This document shows positions 1-10,900 of a stretch of DNA of 64,000 nt, in pieces. A program made the position numbers and the translations under genes. The notes beneath the pieces are model-generated. The model made no database searches and was not told the DNA's origin. It was given only the letters and a program-made list of their open reading frames with translations. The stretch's first letter is position 1. Each line of letters opens with the position of its first letter. The DNA comes from Amoebophrya sp. A120. Its lineage: Eukaryota; Protista; Dinoflagellata. Where the stretch lies: assembly GCA_905178155.1 (NCBI GenBank), contig CAJINV010000003.1, forward strand, positions 6,629,612-6,693,611. The letters run 5' to 3'.

Positions 1-111
1 GCTTCGAGGCTTCGTCCGGGCTTCGAGGCTTCGTCCGGGCTTCGAGGCTTCGCCCGGGCTTCGCGGCTTCGCCCGGGCTTCGCGGCTTCGCCCGGGCTTC
101 GCGGCTTCGAG
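1..111. repeat. 19-bp GC-rich tandem repeat (GCTTCGMGGCTTCGYCCGG), about 5.5 copies, cut by the window edge
   Basis: Unit read directly; it grades through low-complexity GCTTT-rich sequence into the TTTTAGC array. Confidence 0.9.
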
Positions 112-416
112 AGGCTGTGCGCCGTCTTGCCTTTGTCTTTGCTTTGCGCCTTTTGCAGCTTTGCCTTTGTAAGCACTTTCGCAGCTTTGCCTTTGCTCTG
201 CGCCTGCGCTCTCTACTCTCAGCTTTTGCTTCCAGTTTTACTTTCGGTTTTTGTTTTCGGCTTGAGCTTTTAATTTCTTTCTTGCTTTTAGCTGTTACTT
301 TCAACTTTTGCTTTTGACTTTTACTTTTAGCTTTTACTTTTAACTTTTGCTTTTAGCTTTTGACTTTTACTTTTAGCTTTTGAGTTTTACTTTTAGCTTT
401 TACTTTTAACTTTTGC

Positions 417-1578
417 TTTTAGCTTTTAGCTTTTAGCTTTTAGCTTTTAGCTTTTAGCTTTTAGCTTTTAGCTTTTAGCTTTTAGCTTTTAGCTTTTAGC
501 TTTTAGCTTTTAGCTTTTAGCTTTTAGCTTTTAGCTTTTAGCTTTTAGCTTTTAGCTTTTAGCTTTTAGCTTTTAGCTTTTAGCTTTTAGCTTTTAGCTT
601 TTAGCTTTTAGCTTTTAGCTTTTAGCTTTTAGCTTTTAGCTTTTAGCTTTTAGCTTTTAGCTTTTAGCTTTTAGCTTTTAGCTTTTAGCTTTTAGCTTTT
701 AGCTTTTAGCTTTTAGCTTTTAGCTTTTAGCTTTTAGCTTTTAGCTTTTAGCTTTTAGCTTTTAGCTTTTAGCTTTTAGCTTTTAGCTTTTAGCTTTTAG
801 CTTTTAGCTTTTAGCTTTTAGCTTTTAGCTTTTAGCTTTTAGCTTTTAGCTTTTAGCTTTTAGCTTTTAGCTTTTAGCTTTTAGCTTTTAGCTTTTAGCT
901 TTTAGCTTTTAGCTTTTAGCTTTTAGCTTTTAGCTTTTAGCTTTTAGCTTTTAGCTTTTAGCTTTTAGCTTTTAGCTTTTAGCTTTTAGCTTTTAGCTTT
1001 TAGCTTTTAGCTTTTAGCTTTTAGCTTTTAGCTTTTAGCTTTTAGCTTTTAGCTTTTAGCTTTTAGCTTTTAGCTTTTAGCTTTTAGCTTTTAGCTTTTA
1101 GCTTTTAGCTTTTAGCTTTTAGCTTTTAGCTTTTAGCTTTTAGCTTTTAGCTTTTAGCTTTTAGCTTTTAGCTTTTAGCTTTTAGCTTTTAGCTTTTAGC
1201 TTTTAGCTTTTAGCTTTTAGCTTTTAGCTTTTAGCTTTTAGCTTTTAGCTTTTAGCTTTTAGCTTTTAGCTTTTAGCTTTTAGCTTTTAGCTTTTAGCTT
1301 TTAGCTTTTAGCTTTTAGCTTTTAGCTTTTAGCTTTTAGCTTTTAGCTTTTAGCTTTTAGCTTTTAGCTTTTAGCTTTTAGCTTTTAGCTTTTAGCTTTT
1401 AGCTTTTAGCTTTTAGCTTTTAGCTTTTAGCTTTTAGCTTTTAGCTTTTAGCTTTTAGCTTTTAGCTTTTAGCTTTTAGCTTTTAGCTTTTAGCTTTTAG
1501 CTTTTAGCTTTTAGCTTTTAGCTTTTAGCTTTTAGCTTTTAGCTTTTAGCTTTTAGCTTTTAGCTTTTAGCTTTTAGC
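417..1578 (+). repeat. Perfect (TTTTAGC)166 telomere-like satellite, interstitial
   Basis: 1162 bp / 7 = 166 units; degenerate TTTTAC/TTTTGC lead-in from about 230; a short tract resumes at 1756-1771. Confidence 0.97.
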
Positions 1579-1755
1579 GTTTAGGGTTTCACTTCTCTCA
1601 GTTCTCGAACAATTGATAGCGATCCCCCTTTCAGAGCAATGAATCGAATTCCCGCACGCACGCTTTTCTACCCCTCGGCGTGCAACAGTCGAAGATGGAA
1701 CAAGACCTAAACCTCATGCACGCCCCCCCCAGTGCAGGATAGATGATGATGATGA
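1579..1755 (+). mobile_element. Short insertion with (GAT)n 3' tail inside the TTTTAGC array (possible 5'-truncated non-LTR element or SINE)
   Basis: Array sequence on both sides (TTAGC); ends GATAGATGATGATGATGA; starts GTTTAGGGTTT. Confidence 0.4.
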
Positions 1756-1837
1756 TTAGCTTTTAGCTTTTACATAGTTAGTCATTGTAATAGCGGACAC
1801 TTGTCTTTTAAATGTTTTCGCACTTGCTATTGATATA

Positions 1838-1926
1838 GATTGCAAGACAGAGCTGATTTGTGTACACAAATCCCGCAACAGAAATTTCCATTTCAATACG
1901 GGGAGGGGGGATTTTTCCTTTCGATA
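1838..1926. mobile_element. Right arm of a family C introner; left arm lies beyond the satellite or off-window
   Basis: GGGGAGGGGGATTTTTCCTTTCGATA end matches the ends at 11256 and 18761. Confidence 0.75.
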
Positions 1927-4900
1927 GAACCTGAGTCCAAGCAGCACGGAGCAGCAGCAGGTGCGGACCTTCAAGCGGGCGCTGCGCCACGTTTGGTCGC
2001 TGGGAAAGAATGCGCACAAGTTGCTGCATAACTTGTTTGAGGACGTGGACGATATGGATTGCAAAAGTATCGTACTCGTATGAATGCAAGTCTTGCATTG
2101 CAAATCTTTTTAGTAAGGCAAATCCGCATGACAAATTTTATTTCTCATGCTAAGGAAATTTGTATTGCAATTTATACTAGTGCGATGCTTTTGCAATGCA
2201 TAGACGACAACTTGTGGCAAATCCCCTCCAATGCAAGTTTCGCGGAAAGCACGACGAACGCGACGGATCTGAGTTTCATGTTTGGGAACGCCAAAGTGAG
2301 TGACCGCGTGTTTCATCCAACGGAGTTCAAAGTGGGCAACGAGTCTGCGTCGTTTACGCCGGGGACGCTGACGGAGTCCTTTCAGCCGCTGGACCCCAGC
2401 CACAACTTCTTCGCCAATTGGAACACCGCAAAGGCCACGGATTTCCGCGGCATGTTTTTCCAGACCGCGGGGGTGTACGCCGAGGTTTCCAAGTGGAACA
2501 CGGGGAGCGCGCGGAACTTCAATTACATGTGGAAGCGAGTGCAGCTGCTGAACCCTTGGGGCGTAGTGAACTGGGACGTCCGGATATCCTGAGTAAAAAC
2601 GGGGCCCACGCCACAGAGCTGTCGTTATGCAAATGTGCAATGACAGGAACTGAACATTTGTAATGCGCATCTCCATGAGAGGCATTTTCTTTTCCAGTCG
2701 TGTTTTGGAATTTGTCATGCTGTTATGAAAGCGAAATCTTGGGTCACAGTCACATCGAAAACGAGAAAAAACGCAGCTTTTCAACAAAAAATCGATGGAC
2801 TCGGCTCGTGTTTCGCGTCAAAAAAACGCATTTTTTTTAGGTGCCTGAAAATTTTTTGTTGTTTTTGCAGAAATTCGCAGCAAAAACCAGCAACAAACAC
2901 AGCAAAAAACTCCGAAGCTTTTGCGAAAAAATTGCAAGAAAGCTGCGCGAACTTTCCGAATTTTTCAGCGCAAAAAACACAAAAAAAAAGCCCGTGGGCC
3001 GCGCGTCTTTCCCGCGCAAAATTGCCCCGCGGCCTGCTTTTGATTTTTGATGAAATGCCGCAAATTTTTCTTCAGATTCTGGGAAAATTTTCCGCGACAA
3101 AGGCGCGGACCAATCCAAGAAAAAGCGCAGGGCCCGCTGTCTTTTTTCTGGCGGCGAGGGCGCTGATTTTTGCAACCCGGGGGCGCTTTTTCGCGCAGAA
3201 GAAAACAAAGCCGGGGCCCAAAAATCGGGCGCCGTTTTCGCGCGAAAAATGCGCAGCGGCACGTTTTTCATTTTTGCTGGCAGGCCGCAAAATTTTGCAA
3301 AATAGCAAGCGGATTTCTCGGACCGGGAAGCGCGAAACTGCGCAAAAAAGCAAAGGAATTTTGCGGGCCAGGAAAAGAAAAACCATAAAAAAGAAGCGGG
3401 GCCCTTTCGTTTTTTTTTTGGCAGAAGGGCAAAGAAATTTCCGAGGTCCGCCCTTTGGAAAATTTTTGCGGCGCCTCCGTGAAATTTTGTGGCTTTCCTT
3501 GTTCGGAAAGCGGAAAAAGCTCGCCGCAAAAAGGCGGGCCAATTTTCTAAAAAAGGCCGGCGCAAATCGGCGCAATTTTTTCAATGTAGCGCCCGGATTT
3601 TTCGTCTTTCGGGTGGTATTTCCTCCGCCTTGGCTGCGTTTCAAATCGCCGAAATTCGGCAAGAGTTTTTGCTGCGCGGCTCGGTTTTTGCATTCGTGCA
3701 ACCTGTTACCCGAGAAGAAAAAACCGAAGGCAGGCGACTCGTTATCTAGATAGGCACGCGGGCGGACCGCTTAAAAGAAGGCGAGAAATTAAATAGAAAC
3801 TCAAGGGGGCGCGCGCTAGTCGCTAGCTAAGCTATTTGCTCAAGAAGGCGCCTGGTTATTTCAAAAAGATGCGCGCTAGCTAGCCCCGTTTTTCGTTTTC
3901 CTTAGATTTAGCCTACCGAAAAGAAGAAGAGCAGCAGCAGGACGCGCCGAAGCAACCAAGGGCCCGGCTCCTGGTTCCGCCGTGCCTCCGGCGGGGTAGG
4001 TATCTTCGAGCGCAGATCTGTCTGGGTCTGGAAGCCGCCAAAGCCTGTCGCGCTAACTATAATGCAGCGGGAGGCTACGCATGGCCCTCCATTTCACAAC
4101 CGCTCTCGCAGTACAGATCTTCTTGCATTATATCGTATTCCAGCAAGGGCATGAGCGTGGCAGGCTCAGGCCCTTCCAGGCCCAGCCATGTTTGCAATGC
4201 GTAGAGGGGTCTCGCCCTTTGTGTGGGGCCACAAAGGGCACCGCGGCAATTTCACTGGGGGCAGTGGCCCCATCAAGTTGGTCCGGATCGGCGGCAGCTC
4301 CTCTGTCCGTTTTGTTTTTCGGTAGCGCGCACTTAGATCGAGCCCGTCGCGTCGGCGGGGATATAACGCCGCGGCCCACAGCAAAGCTCAGACGCGACGC
4401 GCGGGCGGCCGGCTTTTGATGTGGCCCGCGGCGCGTGCGATAACCCCACGCGGCGGGCTCGATTTGGGTGCGCGGCTTTGGATGAAAATAAAAGATCCGC
4501 GGGAGAAGCATCGCCCGCCGGAAACATCCGAGAAAACGGCGACGGAGACATCGCCGGGGACATGGAAAAAAACCAAAGACAGGAAAAACACCAAAAGCGC
4601 GCGCCCGAATCGGGCCCGTCGCGTGGGGATATGGCGCCGCGGGTCACATCAAAAACGCGACGCCCGGGCGGCCGGCTTCTGATGTGACGCACGGCGCGAC
4701 ATCCCCATGCGGCGGGCCCGATTTGGGTGCGCGGTTTGGGATGGGGAAAATCCGTGGGAGAAACATCGCCGAAAATAAACATCCGAGAAAACGGCGACGG
4801 AGACATCGCCGGAGACATCGAAAAAAGCGAAAGACAGGAAAAACACCGAAAGCGCGCGCCCAAATCGAGCCCGTCGCGTGGGGATATAGCGCCGTGGGTC

Positions 4901-7900
4901 ACATCAAAAACGCGACGCCCGGGCGGCCGGCTTCAGATGTGACAGACTCGCGGCGCGATATCCCCACGCTGCGGGCTCGATTTTGGTGCGCGGTTTGGGA
5001 CGAGGAAAATCTGCGAGGGAGAAACATCGCCGAAAACATCCGGGAAAACTAACGGCGACGGAGACATCGCCGGGGACATCAAAAAAAGCGAAAGACAGGG
5101 AAAACACCAAAAGCGCGCGCCCAAATCGAGCCCGTCGCATGGGGATATAGCGCCGTGGGTCACATCAGAAGCCGGCCGCCCGGGCGTCGTGTTTTTGATG
5201 TGACCCACGGCGCTCTATCCCCATGCTACGGGCTCGATTTGGGTGTGCGGTTTGGAAAGGAGAAAGCCGGCAGCCGAAAAAACTCGCAGACAGGAAAAAC
5301 ACCAAAAGCGCGCGCCCAAATCGAGCCCGTCGCATGGGGATATAGCGCCGTGGGTCACATCAGAAGCCGGCCGCCCGGGCGTCGTGTTTTTGATGTGACC
5401 CACGGCGCTCTATCCCCATGCTACGGGCTCGATTTGGGTGCGCGGTTTGCAAAGGAGAAAGCCGGCAGCCGAAAAAACTCGCAGACAGGAAAAACACCAA
5501 AAGCACGCGCCCAAATCGGGCCCGTCGCATGGGGATATAGCGCCGTGGGTCACATCAGAAGCCGGCCGCCCGGGCGTCGTGTTTTTGATGTGACCCACGG
5601 CGCTCTATCCCCATGCTACGGGCTCGATTTGGGTGCGCGGTTTGCAAAGGAGAAAGCCGGCAGCCGAAAAAACTCGCAGACAGGAAAAACACCAAAAGCA
5701 CGCGCCCAAATCGGGCCCGTCGCATGGGGATATAGCGCCGTGGGTCACATCAGAAGCCGGCCGCCCGGGCGTCGTGTTTTTGATGTGACCCACGGCGCTC
5801 TATCCCCATGCTACGGGCTCGATTTGGGTGCGCGGTTTGCAAAGGAGAAAGCCGGCAGCCGAAAAAACTCGCAGACAGGAAAAACACCAAAAGCACGCGC
5901 CCAAATCGGGCCCGTCGCATGGGGATATAGCGCCGTGGGTCACATCAGAAGCCGGCCGCCCGGGCGTCGTGTTTTTGATGTGACCCACGGCGCTCTATCC
6001 CCATGCTACGGGCTCGATTTGGGTGCGCGGTTTGCAAAGGAGAAAGCCGGCAGCCGAAAAAACTCGCAGACAGGAAAAACACCAAAAGCACGCGCCCAAA
6101 TCGGGCCCGTCGCATGGGGATATAGCGCCGTGGGTCACATCAGAAGCCGGCCGCCCGGGCGTCGTGTTTTTGATGTGACCCACGGCGCTCTATCCCCATG
6201 CTACGGGCTCGATTTGGGTGCGCGGTTTGCAAAGGAGAAAGCCGGCAGCCGAAAAAACTCGCAGACAGGAAAAACACCAAAAGCACGCGCCCAAATCGGG
6301 CCCGTCGCATGGGGATATAGCGCCGTGGGTCACATCAGAAGCCGGCCGCCCGGGCGTCGTGTTTTTGATGTGACCCACGGCGCTCTATCCCCATGCTACG
6401 GGCTCGATTTGGGTGCGCGGTTTGCAAAGGAGAAAGCCGGCAGCCGAAAAAACTCGCAGACAGGAAAAACACCAAAAGCGCGCGCCCAAATCGAGCCCGT
6501 CGCATGGGGATATAGCGCCGTGGGTCACATCAGAAGCCGGCCGCCCGGGCGTCGTGTTTTTGATGTGACCCACGGCGCTATATCCCCACGCTACGGGCTC
6601 GATTTGGGTGCGCGCTTTTGGTGTTTTTCCTGCCTTTCGCCTTTTTCGATGTCTCCGGCGATGTCTCCGTCGCCGTTTTCTCGGATGTTTTCGGCGATGT
6701 TTCCGCCCCACGGATTTTCCTCGTCCCAAACCGCGCGCCCAAATCGACCCCGTCGCATGGGGATATCCCGCCGTGAGTCACATCAGAAGCCGGGCGCCCG
6801 GGCGTTGCGTTTTTGATGTGACCCACAGCGCTACACCCCCATGCGGTGGGCTCGATTCGGGCGCGCGTTTTCGGTGTTTTTCCTGTCTTTGATTTTTCCC
6901 CATGTCTCCGGCGATGTCTCTGTCGCCGTTTTCTCGGATGTTTTCCTTCGGCGATGCTTCTCCCGCGGATTTTCCTCATCCCAAACCACGCGCCCAAGCC
7001 GAGCTGTCGCGTGGGGATATCTTTCCGCGGGGCACATCAGAAGCCGGCCACCCGGGCGTCGCGTTTTTGATGTGACCCGCGGCGCCATATCCCCGCGCGA
7101 CGGGCTCGATTCGGGCGCGCGCTTTTGGTGTTTTTCCTGTCTTCGGTTTTTTTCCCTGTCTCCGGCGATGTCTCCGTCGCCGTTTTCTCGGGTGTTTTCG
7201 GCGATGCTTCTCCCGCGGATTTTTTTCATCCAAAACCGCGCACCCAAATCGAGCCCGCCGCGTGGGGATATCGCGCCGCGGGTCACATCAAAAGCCGGCC
7301 GCCCGGGCGTCGCGTTTTTGATGTGGGCCGCGGCGCTAAATCCCCAGCAAGGCGATGGGCTCGATTTGGGCGCGCGCTACCGAAAAAGAAAACGGACAGA
7401 GGAGCTGCCGCCGATCCGGACCAACTTGATGGGGCCAATGCGCCCAGTGAAATTGTTGCGGTGCCCTTTGTGACCCCACACGGGGCCACAAAGGGCGAGA
7501 CCCTTATATGCGTTGCGAATATGTCTGGGTCTGGAAGGGCCTGAGCCTGCCATGCTCATGCCCTTGGCCTTGCTGGAATACGATATAACGAAAGAGGATC
7601 TGTATTGCGCGAGCGGTTTTGAAATGGAGGGCCATGCGTAGCCCCCTGCTGCGTTATAGCATGGCAGACATTGGCGGCTTCCAGACCCAGACAAGTTTGC
7701 GCTCGAAGATACTAACCCCGCCGGAGGCACGGCGGAACCAGGAGCCGGGCCCTTGCTTCGGCGCGTCATTTTGCTGCTCTTCTTCTTTTCAATGACCTAA
7801 ATCGAAGCAAAAGGAAGGAGGGGGCTAGCTAGCGCGCATCTTTTTGAAATAACTAGGCGCCTTCCTAAGCAAGTAGGTAGCGGGCCGCCTGTCTTAGGTT

Positions 7901-10900
7901 TTTTCTTCTTCGGATAACAACTCTCGCGAATGCAAAAACCAAGCCGCGCAGCAAAAGCTCTTGCCGGATTTCGGCGATTTGAAACGCAGCCAAAGCGGAA
8001 AAAGTACCACCCGAAAGACGCAAGACCCGGGCGCCAAATTGAAAAAATTGCGCCGATATGCGCCGGCCTTTTTTAGAAAATTGGCCCGCCTTTTTGCGGC
8101 GCGCTTTTTCCGCTTTCCGAAGAAGGCAAGCCGCAAAATTTCACGACGGCACCGCAAAAATTTTCCCAAGGGTGGACCTTGAGAATTTCTTTGCCCTTCT
8201 GCCAAAAAAAAACGAAAGGGCCCCGGTTTTTTTCGTTGGTTTTTCTTTTCCTGGCCAGCAAAATTCGTTTGTTTTCTTGCCCAGTTTTGCTTTTGCTGGT
8301 CCGAGAAATCAACTTGCTTTTTTGCAAAATGTTGCGGCCTGCGAGCAAAAATGAAAAGCGTGCCGCCGCGCATTTTTCGCGCGAAAACGGCGCCCGATTT
8401 TTGGGCCCCGGCTTTGGTTTTTTCTGCGCGAAAAAGCGCCCCCGGGTTGCAAAAATCAGCGCCCTCGCCGGCAGAAAAAAGAGAGCGGGCCCCGCGCTTT
8501 TTCTTGGATTGGTCCGCGCCTTTATTGTCGCGGAAAATTTTCTCAGAATCCGAAGAAAAATTTGCGGCATTTCACCAAAAATCAAAAACAGGCCGCGGGG
8601 CAATTTTGCGCGGGAAAGACGCGCGGCTTACGGGTTTTTTTTTTGTGTTTTTTGCGCTTGGAAATTCGGAAAATTCGCGCAGCTTTCTTGCAATTTTTTC
8701 GCAAAAGCCTCGGAGTTTTTTGCTGTGTTTGTTGCTGGTTTTTGCTGCGAATTGCTGCAAAAACAACAAAAAACTTTCAGGCACCTAAAAAAAATGCGTT
8801 TTTTTGACGCGAAACACGAGCTGAGTCCATCGATTTTTTGTTGAAAAAGTGCATTTTTTCCCGTTTTCGATGTGACTGTGACCCAAGATTTCGTTTTCAT
8901 AGCTGTAAACAGGATGAGAAAGTGGCTTTGTCATGCGGCTTCCCTTGCTGACCACCACTACTTACACTGCGGATGGAAATTTTTCATGCACAACTCCCAA
9001 AACTTGGGGTTTGTGTTGCAGATTTACCCACTTGACTTTGGGGTGGGGACATTTTTGCTCAGGATACCGGAAAGCCACGTCGTTCATACAGATGTTCGCA
9101 GAAACTGTGTCGGCGAACCCGTGCGTCAGCCGGTGGCTGATTCAGGACGGCGCGAACGTGGAGAAGATGTTTTACGAGTCCAGTTGCGCGACGCCCGAGA
9201 CGCACCCCTCGGTGGAAGAATCGCTCCGCGCCGAAATCTTGAACGGCGCCTACCACCCCGCGACCTGCAACTCCACGTCGCCGCTGCAGTGGGACCAAGA
9301 GGAGAGCCATGGCAGATCCTTTGCCTGGATCCAGCCTGTGGGCTGCCGCGCGCCCATGCGTTTCGTCCTGAAGACCAAAGCGGGACAGGAAAACGTGCGA
9401 CTCCCGGTCCGCGCGAACTTCAAGTACGATGCGAGTCTGTTCACCGGGCACTCGGTGGCGGAAGCCGCGAACCTGGGGGGGAGTCTGGTGCACCGGAAGA
9501 AAAACCAGCGGGTAAACGGCGGCAAGAGTTTGATGGGCGACCTGGGCTTGTCTTTCCCCGCGGGACAGGAGTACATCGTCGTCATCGTTGGCCTATCAAA
9601 CGCAAAAATGTCTGGGTCTGGAAGGTTTGAACTTGTGATGGTAACTTTGGACTCTAAAAGAATCTGTATTCCATGACCAGCAAGAGGAGTCTAGTTTGTG
9701 CTACGCGGGGAGGGCGTTGGTCATGCGGAGTAGGCATCAGGAAGCCCTCTAAAAATCTGTGATGCTAGGCCGTGCATTACAGACATCCTGGGCCATGCAA
9801 AATATGCATGACAAACCCGGCAACATTGCAGACCCAGACACTTTTGCATTTGATATGGCCCGGACTTTCCGCAGTGGCTGACGGGGATTGATTCGGCCGC
9901 GGTCGAGGGGAACGCGGCAAGTCCAGCCAGTGTGACCGTGCCGACCGCGACGGTCTCTCCCTCTCCGTACAAAGAGATCGCGACGGAGGCCGCCCTGAAC
10001 AGCGCTAGCGAACCGGAATTCCTGAACTTCCGCGACGCGCTGACGAAGATCATCGCACTGGGGGAGGTGGGTTGGCAACAGCTGGACGGCGCGTTCGAAA
10101 ACGCGAAGGAGCTCGTCGAAATGAACTTTACCGACTACGAACACACCGTGTTCAACGCGACGCGCCTCGAGCGCTTCTGCCAGTTTCATCCCGGCGTGTG
10201 CGACCAGCTGCCGGCCGTCACCAGCCCCCGGTCGCGGTTGCGGCGGCGGCTCCAGGCCGGCGAAACCTCCTCGGGCTCCATTGCGGTCTTCCCGCTCGTC
10301 TCCTCGCTGGAAAAAGCCTTCCGCGGCACGGTTGCGGTGGTGCTGAAGGATTTGAACAGCTGGGACGTATCCGCCGCAACCAGTCTCGCGGGGTTATTCG
10401 AGAACGCAACAAGCATCACCAATTTGGACATGTCCGCGTGGCAGACCGGCACGGTGAAAGACTACTCCAGTCTGTTCGCCTTCACGAAACTGGCCAACCC
10501 GGACACGCAGTTTTGGAACACGGGGAAGGGGCAAAACTTCAGCGGGATGGTGGTTCACAGCGAAGGTGCCAACTTGAATACGACGAACTGGGACATGAAG
10601 TCCGCGTTGGACTTTACCAAGATGTTTTCATTCTCTAAGGCCGCGGACCCGGATGTCTCCAAGTGGGACACGAGCAAAGTATTGACCCTTCGCTCTATGT
10701 TCGAATCCGCGGAAGTGGCCGCTCCAGTTACCTTCTTGTGGAACACACAGATGATCACCAGCATGAAGCGGTTCATTTTCAATGCGCCGCGGGCGAGGTT
10801 GGACATCGGGCCGTATTGGAAAACGGTAGGGCTCACAAACCTGTCCTACATGTTCGAGGGGGCGTACTTCAACCCGAATGTAACGAATTGGGACGTTTCC

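Larger units (their letters stand above)
2724..8901. mobile_element. 6.2-kb non-coding foldback element with about 2.3-kb inverted arms
   Basis: TATGAAAGCGAAATCTTGGGTCACAGTCACATCG...CGATGTGACTGTGACCCAAGATTTCGTTTTCATA; TSD GCTGT at 2719-2723 and 8902-8906. Confidence 0.92.
2585..9066. mobile_element. Introner, family B (TATCCTGAG...CTCAGGATA), expanded to 6.5 kb by a nested foldback
   Basis: DR CCGGA at 2580-2584 and 9067-9071; removal gives WDVRKATSF. Confidence 0.9.

Noticed and set aside
417-1578. True chromosome end
   Set aside because: Non-array sequence flanks it on both sides within the window
2725-3753. 342-aa K/F/R-rich ORF and its mirror ORFs at 7894-8900
   Set aside because: Translations of A/T-tract-rich inverted arms, open on both strands, with no transposase motifs
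5101-6615. CRISPR array
   Set aside because: Units are identical with no unique spacers; no cas genes; eukaryotic context
5155-6816. 553-aa repeat ORF
   Set aside because: Artefact of a stop-free 195-bp (65-codon) hairpin repeat inside an intronic foldback
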